Part shown: one piece after another, positions 28,198-40,342 of the stretch
How positions within the stretch are numbered: the stretch's first letter is position 1
Layout: each line of letters opens with the position of its first letter
Assembly: GCF_028641065.1 (NCBI RefSeq)
Contig: NC_073384.1
Location: forward strand, 32,736,001 to 32,800,000
Reading direction: 5' to 3'
Length of the DNA: 64,000 bases
DNA from: Leucoraja erinacea
Taxonomy: Eukaryota
Translations under genes and position numbers: made by a program
Notes under the pieces: model-generated
What the model saw: only the letters and a program-made list of their open reading frames with translations
Database searches by the model: none
What the model was told of the DNA's origin: nothing

Positions 28198-29841
28198 CAG
28201 GTGCACAACCTTTTATCCGAAGTTCCAAATAACGAAAACCTCCGAATAGCGACATTTTTTCAGTCCTTGAAGAAAGGTCCTTGAAAACGTTCACCGAGGG
28301 CGGCCCGCAGAGGTGACAGCGGAACCTCCGGTCGGTCCTCGAAGAAAGGTGAACTAAATCCCCATTCATAAAAGAGAAGGTGAGGGTATATTGCGCGGGA
28401 GGGTTAATAATTGACAGTCTTCTGCTGCCTGCCCGCTGAGTTACTCAGGGGGCAGGCAGCAGCAAATTGTCGCTCCCTTCAGTTTCACCCCACCTACACC
28501 CCTCTGCTTCCCGGCCATGTATGTGACCCCTTCCCTCCCCTCTCCAGCTCCCCACCCATTGCACCGGCGCGGGGGTTTTGCACTGTCTTCACGTCGGAGC
28601 TAGTGCCAGTCACCGGAGACGTCAGGACCAACGGGACACCGACCCCCAGGCCCACTGCAAGCACGGAGATCCCAGAGACCCACAGCCAGCAGCAGCCCAG
28701 CCCCGTTCCAATTCCAGAGGAACACGCTCCCCGTTATGACCGAAGCTGATGGTGTGCAAGGTGCGTCTTGGTCTTGAGGTTGCGGATGAGGGGGCGCAGC
28801 TCGGGCTGTGGGCGAAGTTGTTCAGAGCTTTCCCACTTCTCAACGGATTCACCTCAAGACCGGCTGTACAGGAGCTGAGACTGGGAACTGTGGGGTTGTT
28901 TGCAGTTGCAGAGGGAGGGGGCAAGGGCGGTACAGTTCCCAGTCTCAGCTCCAGTCCGGGGGGGTGACTGGAGACGTCAGGACCAACGGGACACCGACTG
29001 CAAGCACGGAGATCCCAGAGACTCACAGCCAGCAGCAACTCTAGCCCAGCCCCGCTCCAACTCCAGAGGAACCCGGGTTGCGGATGAGGGGGCGCAGCTC
29101 GGGCTGTGGGCGAACTGCCACTTGTCGCTGTAGCGGCGCATCGGGGAGCGGGTTCCTGGTGGTCCTGACGTCTCCGGCCATCCCCCTGGACAGGAGCTGA
29201 GAGACGTCAGGACCACCAGAAGCCGCTCCCCGATTACAGCGACAAGTGAGTTCGCCCACAGCCCGATGCGCCCCCTCATCGGGACAACCCCCCACCCACT
29301 GCAAGCACGGAGATCCCAGAGACTCACAGCCAGCAAACAACTCTAGCCCAGCCCCGCTCCAACTGCAGAGGAACCCGGGTTGCGGATGAGGGGGCGCAGC
29401 TCGGGCTGTGGGCGAACTGCCACTTGTCGCCGTAGCGGCCCATCGGGCAGCAGCTTCCTCTGGAGTTGGAGGGACAGGGAGACACAGCGGCTTTTGAGAA
29501 TGGTGGGCAATCACTTCCAAAGTTCTGCCCACACAGTCAGTACACCTCTCCTACACTTGTCTCCCGCACTAAGATTATTTCGCAGAGAATGATCCCAGCC
29601 TAACCCTCCCTATTCTCTCCTATTCTGCAAGAAAAAACTACATTGAAGACTCAAACTCGCGATCGAGTAACTGCCGGGATCGAGGCGCAAACTCGCGACC
29701 TTGCGGATATGAACCGAGCACTCTACCACTGAGCCAGCCGTTTAAATCTACGCTAAAAATCTTCCATTCCGAAAGCCGAAAAATTCTGAATTACGAAAAG
29801 TGTCTGGTCCCAAGGCTTTCGGATAAAAGGTTGTGCACCTG
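28198..29841 (-). mobile_element. Pogo/Tigger-like non-autonomous element, copy 2 (inverted relative to copy 1), inserted into the Academ transposase
   Basis: Same 23-bp TIRs and TA TSD. Removing it restores TGC AAG TTA TAT GGG CAG (CKLYGQ) of the Academ ORF. Confidence 0.87.
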
Positions 29842-29966
29842 TATGGGCAGGGCTGTGAGAAAGTAGATGAAGCTAGATACAACCTGTTCCTTATGTTAAC
29901 AAAATCAGAGCCTCGTCTTCCACCCACTGCAGACTCGCTCAGAAAGCAAATTACCAGGCTGCTATA

Positions 29967-30703
29967 GGGTGATTTCACTAAAGGTCACTGGAGCGTAGAT
30001 CCGCACCCACGTGACCAAAATTCTCAAGTGGAGGACACTCGAGGGTTCGGTACATGTTAGTGGATGGGAAAAAACGCATTTTCCCACCCGTTAAAAACAT
30101 AGAAAACGGCGAGGTTGTGAGCTGCAATTTACTGTGCCAGTCGGGGTGACCGTGAGGCACAGCTACCTAGATTTACAGGGAAAAAAAAAGATAGCAAGTA
30201 AGGTAAATTCAAGAGGGAACTGAAGGTGCCAAACCGGCGGAAATGAACAGCCGACATTTGCCGTGGATATTTACAGGTCCAAAATATCGGGAATTATCGC
30301 GTTTGCTCGCTGAATTTCATCAAAAGTAAGGCATTATTAACTTACTTTTGATAAATTCAGCGAGCAAACGCGATAATTCCCGATATTTTGGACCTGTAAA
30401 TATCCACGGCAAATGTCGGCTGTTCATTTCCGCCGGTTTGGCACCTTCAGTTCCCTCTTGAATTTACCTTACTTGCTATCTTTTTTTTCCCCTGTAAATC
30501 TAGGTAGCTGTGCCTCACGGTCACCCCGACTGGCACAGTAAATTGCAGCTCACAACCTCGCCGTTTTCTATGTTTTTAACGGGTGGGAAAATACGTTTTT
30601 TCCCATCCACTAACATGTACCGAACCCTCGAGTGTCCTCCACTTGAGAATTTTGGTCACGTGGGTGCGGATCTACGCTCCAGTGACCTTTAGTGAAATCA
30701 CCC
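29967..30703. mobile_element. Foldback/palindromic MITE, 737 bp, about 364-bp arms, 10-nt loop, TATA TSD
   Basis: GGGTGATTTCACTAAAGGTCACTGG...CCAGTGACCTTTAGTGAAATCACCC; loop gcattattaa at 30331-30340; mirror 60-aa ORFs 29978-30160(-) and 30510-30692(+) differ by one residue. Confidence 0.9.
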
Positions 30704-31054
30704 TATACATTCAAAATGTCTGGAACAGTTTCCACAAATTCCCAGTCCAAAGGGACATGGGTGGAAAATTGTCGGTAGTGAATTCGACATTGACTGCGGT
30801 GATCTGCCTCCAGCCCCAAGCACCTTGCTAGAATTAACATAGTTCATGCAAGAAAACAAACTGTGAGAAATGAAGTGCAGTGAAAGGAAGATGCTCATGT
30901 CAACAACATGGTGTGCCATGTACAGATTTATGTAAGTGTGTTGACTGCAGAAACTCTATTACTCCAAAAGACTTAGAATCTGATGAAGAATATTCAGATG
31001 AAGATCAGATGTAATGTAAACAAATAAATTGGGGAAATAAATGATTAGCACACT

Positions 31055-31280
31055 TCCATGCATGCACATACATGCACACATACACCACACACACATACAT
31101 CCATCCGCACGCAGACATACATGTACACATCCATGCACATATATACATCCACACATACATGCACACATACATCCATTCACACTTACGTCCATCCACACAT
31201 ACACACACACTTACATCCACACATCCACAGATACACGTTTGACAGGTATACACAGACACACACACATACAGATACTCAAA
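31055..31280. repeat. CA-rich low-complexity / degenerate (CACATA)n tract
   Basis: Runs such as catacatgcacacatacaccacacacacatacatccatcc. Confidence 0.85.
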
Positions 31281-31419
31281 CAATGCAACATTTTTAGGGT
31301 TCTTTTAGGTTAAAGGTAATACCCCTCATTTGCAAAGGCACCATCGCAGGATCTCTAACATCAATATAGGCTCATTTTTTGCTTGAAAAGAATACTCATC
31401 GAGTAAACATCAGAACATT

Positions 31420-32171
31420 CGATTTCCCCCCCCATCTCCCTCTACCACCCCACTCCCCACCCCATCTCTCTCCTCCTCATTTCTCTCATCCTCCTCCCCT
31501 CACTCCCATTCCATGCTGCAGGACCTACCCAGGTCGAAGAGCAGCGCCAGGGCCTGGAACTCAGCCTGGTTCTCACACTCAGCCCAGCCCTGGCTGTAGA
31601 CTCCAGCCGTCAGCTCGGCCGCCACCTGGGCTTCAGTGCAGGCTCCGACTTCATCTCCGGGCTCATCCCTGACCCCGGCTCGTCCGTGGTTCCAGCGGCA
31701 GCTTCTTTCTCGGCACCGGTCACGGCCCCATCCCAAGCCCCGGGCTCGGCCCTCACTCCAGCTCGAGCTCCAGCCAGGGCCCGCGGCACCACCCTCGCCA
31801 CTAGTTGTCGGGCGCCGGCAGCCGCTGCCACTCCTCATTCACCGCGAGCGCTGGAGTGCCCCTCCCTCCCGGACTGTCCCATCCTGTCTTGCGAGTACAT
31901 TGTGACGTCACTCGGATTTCTTAACCCCGAAATCGCTGCGTTTTTGTGGCTGTTTTTAAAATTTAAAGGATTAATATAATCGGAAATATAGGTGGGACTG
32001 CGACAGGAAGATGTTTATCGCTACGACGGGAAAAATGTGAGAAGGATATGTGAAAATGGGAAGGCTGTGGCCTAGCGTCTGGAAGAATATAGGAAAAACA
32101 GATTGACACATCGTCAGCACAAACACAAACAATAGGAAGAGTTTTAGTATTATAGAGATAGAGATATAGAT
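31420..32171 (-). mobile_element. GC-rich repeat fragment, possibly the 5' end of a non-autonomous Helitron
   Basis: Minus strand begins ...TCTATAATACTAAAACTC..., resembling the TC-start AT-rich 5' ends of fish Helitrons, followed by a GC-rich body. No matching CTAG/hairpin 3' end found. Confidence 0.3.
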
Positions 32172-32357
32172 AAATCTGCCTTCAACACCATAATTCCAAC
32201 TCCAAACTCCTGGACCTAGGAATCAGCAGTCTACTTGGCCACTGGACCCTTGACGTTCTGACCCCCAGATATGCAACAAAACATCCTCACCAAAACTCCC
32301 TATACACTCACGATTGTATGATTAAATTTGTCTCTAACTCAACTTACAAGTTTACCT

Positions 32358-32820
32358 TAGGTACACAAAAATGCTGGAGAAACTCAGCGGGTGCAGCAGC
32401 ATCTATGGAGCAAAGGAAATAGGCAACGTTTCGGGACAAAACCCTTCTTCAGACTGATGGGGGGTGGGGGGCGGGAGAAGAAAGGAAAAAGGAGGAGGAG
32501 GAGCCCAAGGGCTGAGGGAGAGATAGGAAGGGGAGGAGACAGCAAGGGCTAACAAAATTGGGAGAATTCAATGTTCATGCCCCCAGGATGCAGACTCCCC
32601 AAGCGGAATATGAGGTGCTGTTCCTCCAATTTCCGGTGGTGCTCGCTCTGGCCATGGAGGAGACCCAGGACAGAGAGGTCGGATATGGAATGGGAGGGGG
32701 AGTTGAAGTGCTGAGCCACCGGGAGGTCAGGTTGGTTAATGTGGACCGAGTGTTCGGCGAAACGATTGCCAAGCCTCCGCTTGGTCTCACCGATGTAGAT
32801 CAGCTGACATCTAGAGCAGC
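32358..32820 (-). mobile_element. Penelope-like retroelement 3' fragment: GIY-YIG endonuclease C-half plus 3' pLTR with hammerhead motif
   Basis: Minus strand translates CSRCQLIYIGETKRRLGNRFAEH...PVAQHFN...KLEEQHLIFRLGSLHPGGMNIEF (CxxC-YIG-R-EH pattern), followed by CTGAAGA-AGGG..CCC-GAAACGTT and the conserved tail shared with the short repeats. Confidence 0.88.
32421..32455 (-). ncRNA. Minimal type I hammerhead ribozyme motif (Penelope pLTR)
   Basis: agu-CUGAAGA-a-GGG(uuuugu)CCC-GAAA-CGUU-gccu: intact core boxes, palindromic AACGUU in place of helix III, weak stem I. Confidence 0.55.
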
Positions 32821-33789
32821 TAATGGTCTGAACTCAAATAATGACGAGATGGAGTACAGGAAGGACACAGAGGACTCAGTGACATTAAATCAAAATAACA
32901 ACCTTTCCCTCAATGTCAGAAAAAAAAAACAAGGAGCTAGTTATCGACTTCAGGAAACAGGGTGGTGTGCACCCTACAGTTAACATCAATGATACTGAAG
33001 TGCAGATGAGTCAAAAGCTTCAGGTTCTTAGGTGCAAATATCACCAACAATTTGTCCTGGGCAATCACATTGACCCAACTCTTACCAATTTCTGGAGAAG
33101 TACTATGGAAAGCATCCAAACATTGTGCATCACAACTAGGTCTGGCAACTGCTCTGTCCAAGACCGCAAGAAATAGAAGAGAGTTGAGGGTGTAGCCCAG
33201 TCCATCACACAAACCAACTTCTCCTCACCCCAACTATACTTCACAATGCCTCAGGATGGAATTTCTATAATCAGAGGGTGGCGAATGTGCAGAATTCATT
33301 GCCAGAGGCGGCTGTGGAGGCCAAATCAATAGATATTTTTAAGGCAGAGATTGACATATTCTTGATTAGTAAGGAAATCAGGGGTTACGGGGCAAAGGCG
33401 GGAAAATGGGGTTGAGAGGGTAAGATAGATCAGCCATGTTTGAATGGCGGAGTAGACTTGATTGGTCAAAGGCCTAATTCTATTCCTAGAACTTAGCAGC
33501 GAACACATTCATGGACTACTTACTCCCTCATTCCCTCTCCTGTCGGGCAGAAGATACAATAGCTTGCCCTCAAGATTCACATGTATTGTCAAGGATGGAA
33601 TCAGTAGAAAGGAAGGCAAATGTAATGTTAACATTCATTTCAAGAAGTCTAGAATATAAAAGCAGGGATGTAATGCTGAGGTTCTAAAAGGCACTGGTCA
33701 AACCGCATTTGGAGCATTGTGAGCAGTATTGGGCACCATATCCGAGGAGGGATGTGCTGGCGTTGGAGAGGGTCCAGAGGAGGTCCAGA

Positions 33790-36700
33790 GGAGGTTTGGC
33801 CTCTTGAAGAAAGAGGCTGAGGAACGAAAAAGGCATTGAGGAAGGAGAAAGAACGGCTGGAAATAGCCACAAAGTTGGCAGCTGCCAAGGCAAAGAAGGA
33901 GATACTGGAAGGTCAAGGTACAAGATGCGGCTCGAGAATATTTCAGAAGGAGAGTTCCTTAGTCCAAGAAGGAGATGCTAAGCTGGAAATAGCAGCAAAA
34001 TCAAATCTACAGCCAGAGAATATCTGGCATATCTCAGAACTATCACCGGGTGGGTGGATGGGCGACAAAACTTCATTTTAGCAACAAGGAGCTAGACCGA
34101 AGCAAACAACATTTGGGCTGTCTGTTGAGGCTCGTAATTAGCCAGCGACCCAGCAGTCTTCTCAGAGCCCCAATACACAGGCTTGTACAAGCCAAGATTT
34201 TCAGAGGCCTGTTTTTTATCCATTTGCCCCCAGCCAGGGACAAACAACTGATGGGGATTGTGACAAAACTTACCCAGACCAGTACTCTTTTCAGAGGCCT
34301 GTTCATCATCATCCATCTGCTCCCAGCCAGGGATCTCAAAGTGAATTCTATGAATTGGTGAGGAATCAAATGAGAATCGGCAAGCTCCTAGCTCAACAAA
34401 AGCTCTCTTCCACCTTACCGCCAATGGAAATTCCTAAGTATGATGGTGATCCTTTGCAATATGTACCTTTCATAATAGCGTTTCATGAAGGAGTGGAAAT
34501 GAAAACCACTTATGAAAGAGATCGCTTACGATTTCTGGAGCAAAATACAAGCGGACATGCAAAGCAGCTTATAATAAGTTGTCGAAATTTGTCTGCAGAG
34601 GAGGGCTATCAAATGGCAAGAAAATTGCTTAAATAACAATTTGGTAATGAACAGAAGATTGCTAATGCATACATGAAGAAGGCCTCTGCTTGGACAGCTA
34701 TCAAGGCAGAAGATGTGAAGGCATTGCATGAGTTTGCGATATTTCTTAGAGGTTGTTGTAGCTTGATGAGAAATCTCGACCACATGGAAGAAATTAATGT
34801 TATTAGTAATATGAGAACTATCATTCTAAAACTGCCCTATAGGTAGGTATGTTACAAAACTCTGCAGTTCTGCCACTGGCCATGCGCCCGACTTTGGCGC
34901 CTTTGAGAGGGGGGCGGGATTAAAATGCCATTTCTCCTGCCTGTCGGAGTCGATCTTTCTCAAGCTGCTGAAGAATAATCGATCCGACTTGCGTTTTTTC
35001 TGAAGTTTTTTTATAAACATCGCTGGACAATTTAATAGCAGGAGTAAAATAATAATAGACTTATAACGCCGACAACGGGATGGATCTCCGGTACGGGACA
35101 AATAAAGGTAAGCCGTTTATTTTACATATAAACTTGCTTTTTAGGATTACTTTAATCCAAATTTTACATTGCGAAAAGGTGATTTAGGCCCCATACAAAC
35201 CGGCAGTGCTTTTCCTGCCAATATGGGAAACCGCAACGTTCCAAACGATAGCGTTCCACAAAATCTCACTCGCAAGATGATTTAAATGGCCATTAATTTA
35301 CGGGAATTCTTGTGTGTATGTTATTTGAACACTTAGGCTATTTAAAAATGTTAACCTTTTCTTAAGAAATGGATAGATGTTTAGATCTAGTCATTGAATT
35401 TTGTAATTAGCTACAATTAGGTAACTAACTAATTATATGCTTTAATTTAAGGTCATCCAAGTAAAATGGTTTCAAATATGTTTCAGAATGCTTCAATCTA
35501 TAATAACTGAAAATTTCATTCAGTTCTCTTAATTGTTAAGAAAGTTATGGGTTTTGACTGTCCTCAATCACAGCTTTTGAGTTAAGTCAATGGAAAAGCA
35601 ATAGGGAACAATATGCTAATTTCAGAGTATGAAAATGGCCATAACTTTTTTAATACTGAAGATATGAAAGTGAATTGGGTGTCAAATTAAACTTATTTTT
35701 ATGCTTTATCTGATGGGATAAATTGCAGACTTGATTTTTAAAATCTCAAAATTTTGTAACATTGCTACTATCGGCTTGGAGAAAGGTGGAGAGATAGAGC
35801 AGGTCAGATCAGGAAGACCACAGTCAGCCAGCCATGCTTCCTGACCTGGTGAATTTCATGGAAAAGGGAGTAAGGTTAATGTCAGATCCACGCCATGGGA
35901 GTATTCACGATTCTAAACCAGCAACTGTTAAAGGTTCTACCTGTACTAAAACAAAAGGAAGATCAGGACCAAAGGAAAGCAATTTTGCTACTGCTATAAT
36001 ACCTGTAGAAACGACAGGAGGAACAAAAGGAGATGTATCCACTATTAAGCAAAAAGGGTTCTGTTTGTCATGTGATGAGGTTGGTCACACCATAAGGTGG
36101 TGTTGAAAATTCAAGAAGGAATATATAGAAAAGATGGATTTCCTAAAGGAGAAGGGAATCTGTTTTGGATGTTTGAAGAAAGGACACATGGCTCGAGACT
36201 GCAAGAGTCGTATAACTTGTAATAAGTGCAGACAAGATCATCCTCAATTACTTCATACTGAACAGAAGAATACGGAAAAGAAGCCGGAGCAAATAGAACA
36301 GGAGGAGAAGCCAGCTACAAGTGATGCTGTTACCTCACCTCAGATAAATGCACATACTGGGGCCGGGTTAGAAACCTGTATTTTCTCCGTCTTACCAGTA
36401 AAGGTAAGGAGCAGCCATGGGAATACAATGTTGCAAACATATGCATTTTTCGATCATGGAAGTTCGGCTACCTTTTGCACAGAAAGCTTGATGAGAAGGC
36501 TGGACATCACAGGAGAAAAGACTAAGATTCTATTGCGTACAATAAATAAAGAGAAATGCTGCGATAGTCATCATATTACAGGTATGGAAATATCTAGTCT
36601 GGATGAAGACAATTTTAAACAACTATCTGATGTGTTTACACATGAGACCATGCCTGTTTCTCATCTAAATATACCCAAGCAAGAAGACTTGAAACAATGG

Positions 36701-39525
36701 CCTTACTTGAGGGATGTCAAGATACCTAAACTAAATTCTGGTATCAACCTACAAATGCTTTGAAGGCATTGGAACCTAAAGAGTTTGTCAGCAGCCAAGG
36801 GGACGGACTATTTGCTGTGAGAACCCAACTCGGATGGGTTGTCTATGGCTCCTTGAGAAGGAACACCAGAAGCAGGAACCAGAATAACCACCCTGGTGCT
36901 GCTGCTGTCAACCAAATATCTACTGTTAAATTAGAAGAGCTATTGATCAAGCAATACAATCACGACTTCAATGAAAAAACCCGCATGGAATCAGAAGAAA
37001 TGGCCAGAGAGGAGTTAAAGTTCTTGGATGTTATGAACCACTCAGTAAAGACGACAGAAGGACATTATTGTCTAGACTTACCTTTCAAACAGGAAAGTGT
37101 TAAGTCTGCCAAATAATCGTCACATTGCAGAGCAGCACACCCAGAATCTGATACGGGTATTTGGCAAGAATACGAAATTTCATGATGAATATACATCTTT
37201 CCTAAAGGACATGATTGACAATGATTATGCTGAAATGGTACTTACAGATCAGCTAAATCGAAGTGACAGGGAGCTTGGGTATATTCCACACCATGGGATG
37301 TATTACTCAAAGAAAGGGACCTTGAGGGTGGTCTTTGACTGTGCTGCAGTCTTCAGAGGAACATCACTTAACTGTCAACTACTGCAAGGTCCAGACCTTA
37401 CCAACTCACATAGTTCTCATTAAATTCAGACAAGAACCGATTGCTTTGATGGCTGACGTTAAAGTAATGTTTCAAATCAAAGTATCAGAAAAGCATATTT
37501 GCGATTCCTATGGTGGAGTGATGGTGATGCACAACAAGATCTAGTTGAATTCCGGATGAAGGTACATCTCTGTGGAGCAGTGTCATCACCAAGTTGTCCA
37601 AACTTTGCATTAAGGAAGACCGCCGAGGACAATAAAGCTCACTTTCCAGAAGAAGTGATAAATACAGTAAAGAATAATTTCTATGTGGATGATTGTTTAC
37701 GTAATCCATGTCTACGTAAGAGGAAGCAATTCAAATGGTGAAACATCTGACTTCTCTTTGTAATAAGGGAGGATTCATGCTATCCAAGTGGATCAGCAAC
37801 AGCTGTGTTGTATTGGAGGGCATTCCACTAGATGACAGAGCCCAGGAGGCCAGGGAGTTGGATTTGGACAAAGACAATCTGCCAATGGAAAGGACACTGG
37901 AACTACACTGGTGTGCCGAAACAGATGTGTTCCAGTTCAGAATCTCGATTCAAGAGCGATCATGTACTAGAAGGGGTATCCTATCCGTGATTGGTTCTGT
38001 TTACGACCTTTTGGAATTTCTTGCACCATTTACACTGCCAGACAAGTTGATTTTGCAGGATCTTTGTAAGGAAAAACTTGGATGGGTTGAGAGTATAAGG
38101 CAAAATTCAGAATGGTTAGCTGATCTCAACAAGATCTCAGAATTCAAAGTGGACCGGTGCATGAAGCCTACAAACTTTGGTCAAATCAGATATGCACAGC
38201 TGCATCACTTTTCAGATGCAAGTGAAAGTGGCTACGGTACTGTTTCATATCTAAGATTGGAAAATGATAACAAAGAAGTACATGTTGCATTCTTAATAGG
38301 AAAAGCCAGAGTGACACCATTGAAGCATATGACGATTCCCAGAATGGAACTTACTGCCGCAGTCCTAGCTGTTAAAGTTGACATAATGCTGCATAAGGAA
38401 CTGCAGCTTCAGCTGGAGAAATCTATCTTCTGGACTGATAGTACTCCAGTGCTTAAATACTTTAAAAATGAGAACAAGCATTTTCTAACATTTGTAGCAA
38501 ACAGAATCTCTTATGTAAGGAGAGCTACTAATGTATCACAGTGGAAATATGTTAATACTAAGGAAAATCCTGCGGATGAAGCTTCTAGACTAGAGGATTA
38601 ACAGCAGATCGCTTCTTAAGCAATAAGAGATGGATCAATGGACCAGAGTTTCTCCGTGAGCCAGACAGAGAATGGCCAAAGCTTCAGCTGGGATTGGAAA
38701 TCTCAGCTAATGATCCAGAAATTAAACAAAACGTCACAGTGAATGTTATTGCTAAGGATTCATCGAACATAACAAATTACTTAACTACCCATTTTTCATC
38801 ATGGAATAAGTTGGTGACTGTGGTAGTTTGGGTTCTTAAAGCTAAATCAAAGTTATTGGTATTTGCTCGAAAAAGGAAAGAGATTGCTGAAAGTATTTCT
38901 GAAGAAGATCCTGAAAAACTAAAGGAGAAGGTTGAAAAGAAGATGCAAGTTTTTAAGGCATCGTATTGTGGACAGGGTTTACGTCTTGATGATCTTCACA
39001 AGGCAGAAAATGTGATTATTTCTTTCTGTCCAAGACAAAGATACAAAGAAGAAATATCGATGTTAGAAGCTGGAGTACATGGTGTCAAAAGAGACAGTCA
39101 ATTGTATAAGCTTGATCCGGCCTTGGAGGAAGGACTTCTGAGAGTAGGGGGTCGCATGAATAGACTAGCAATGCCTGAAGAGGCTAAGCATCCTATTATT
39201 CTCTCGAAGGACTTTCATATTTCAACATTATTGTTATGACATATTCATGAACGGATTGGACATGGAGGAAGGAACCACATGCTGTCGCAACTTCGTAAGA
39301 AATATTGGATTATCAAAGCTAATTCTGCTGCAAGAAAGATACTGGAGATCATGACAGACGTTAAGGGTTTGGTGCGTACAGTACGACTTCAGACTAAGAA
39401 CGTCTTGGTAAAACCGATAACCAAGATATGTCTGGTTTTAGAAGGCAAAGGTGAAGATAGAAGAATCGCTAAAGAAGTCTGAATGCTAATGTATAATGCT
39501 TATTACTTTTGATTTTTGAGATATG
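33790..39525 (+). mobile_element. BEL/Pao LTR retrotransposon gag-pol remnant (frameshifted, integrase core deleted, no LTRs seen)
   Basis: EIPKYDGDPLQY (Pao gag), CFGCLKKGHMARDCKSRITCNKCRQDHPQLLH (Zn knuckles), YAFFDHGSSATF (protease), YIPHH/LRVVFDC/ADVKVMF/FYVDD (RT), HFSDASESGYG, WTDS, NPADEASR (Pao RNase H), GLLRVGGR and HGGRNH (integrase Zn finger) fused to the C-terminal GLVRTVRL segment. Confidence 0.92.
34844..35767. mobile_element. Non-autonomous TIR DNA transposon (hAT-like) inserted in BEL gag
   Basis: Termini TAGGTATGTTACAAAA / TTTTGTAACATTGCTA; 7-bp TSD ctatagg (34837-34843) / ctatcgg (35768-35774). Excision restores KLPYRLGERWR. Confidence 0.8.
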
Positions 39526-39529
39526 TTAA

Positions 39530-39944
39530 GCTTTTATAAATATTGCCATTTTAAAAATCGGTAATTTTTTAGTTGAAGCCAGTTGCGATGCTAGTTGAAG
39601 GTGGTTGCCGGAGGTTGCAGGTAGTTGAAGGTAAGACCTCCCTAGTGGAATAAAACTGGGTGAAAAAAAGATCTTACCTTCCACTACCTGCAACCTCCGG
39701 CAACCACCTTCAACTAGCATCGCAACTGGCTTAACTAAAAAATCACCAATTTTTAAAACGGCAACCTATTTTTAGTCACGGCCGGTTTTGAATTTTTTTA
39801 AATAATCGGCGGAACATAAAAGAAGTGGAGACGACTTTTGACCATTAAGGAGACTGACAAAAACCTCCGGGAACCGCACGGAAACCTTGGGTGGGCGCAA
39901 AGTCTCCAGAGGTTTCCGTTCAGGTTTCCTAAGTGGGACGGGCA
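39530..39944. mobile_element. Truncated PIF/Harbinger-type palindromic MITE
   Basis: Right end aagtgggacgggca followed by TTA, similar to the 40343-41037 termini; internal inverted repeat about 39543-39767. Left end missing. Confidence 0.65.
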
Positions 39945-40342
39945 TTAGATACAAGGAAGCGGAGATGAAATTTCTACTGTTGAACCACCCGGTTCTCTGC
40001 CATATCTATTCATTTTTTCACCTCTTAGACATAAGGAGGCAAAGAATAAATATCTACCTTAGAACCATCCAAATGAGATTAATCAGTTCCAGGATTTCAA
40101 ATGGTACAGTTGTCTTTACTTACTAGGCTTGCAAGGACATAGAAAGGCATTGGGAAGAATTTCAATTTCAATCAGAGGTGATTCACTGGAAACATCATCT
40201 ACATCACCAGTCTACAGATATTTCTGACATTACCATCATGTTTCTAAACTCAAGACAGTATAGGATCAGGCTGCTTAATCTCTCCTCATACAACAAATTC
40301 ACTGACTCAAGAGTCAATCTATTTGACCTTCTATTGCACTAA

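Larger units (their letters stand above)
26410..31017 (+). mobile_element. Academ (XPG-domain type) DNA transposon remnant with pseudogenised, intron-containing transposase
   Basis: Reconstructed + strand peptides: PDTDVFVIGVAV...LHCFT..SFHGK (27889-28080); FVCKL|YGQGCEKVDEARYNLF...LPPTADSL..ANYQAA|IH...PSPKGHGW...PPAP; CSCKK..C...RCSC...GVPCTDLCKCVDCRN; acidic tail. N-terminal exon-like pieces at 26676-26944 and YH..Y..FC near 27495. Left boundary tentative; right TIR not found. Confidence 0.7.

Noticed and set aside
22529-29841. Single composite transposon bounded by the outer TIRs of the two MITE copies
   Set aside because: Copy 2 has its own TA duplication interrupting the Academ frame, and Academ sequence continues past it, so the copies inserted independently.
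29978-30692. Pair of nearly identical 60-aa ORFs on opposite strands
   Set aside because: Simple consequence of the foldback palindrome, starting at a non-ATG codon, with no coding signal.
30959-31313. His/Thr- and Cys/Val-rich ORFs
   Set aside because: Translations of a CA-rich low-complexity tract.
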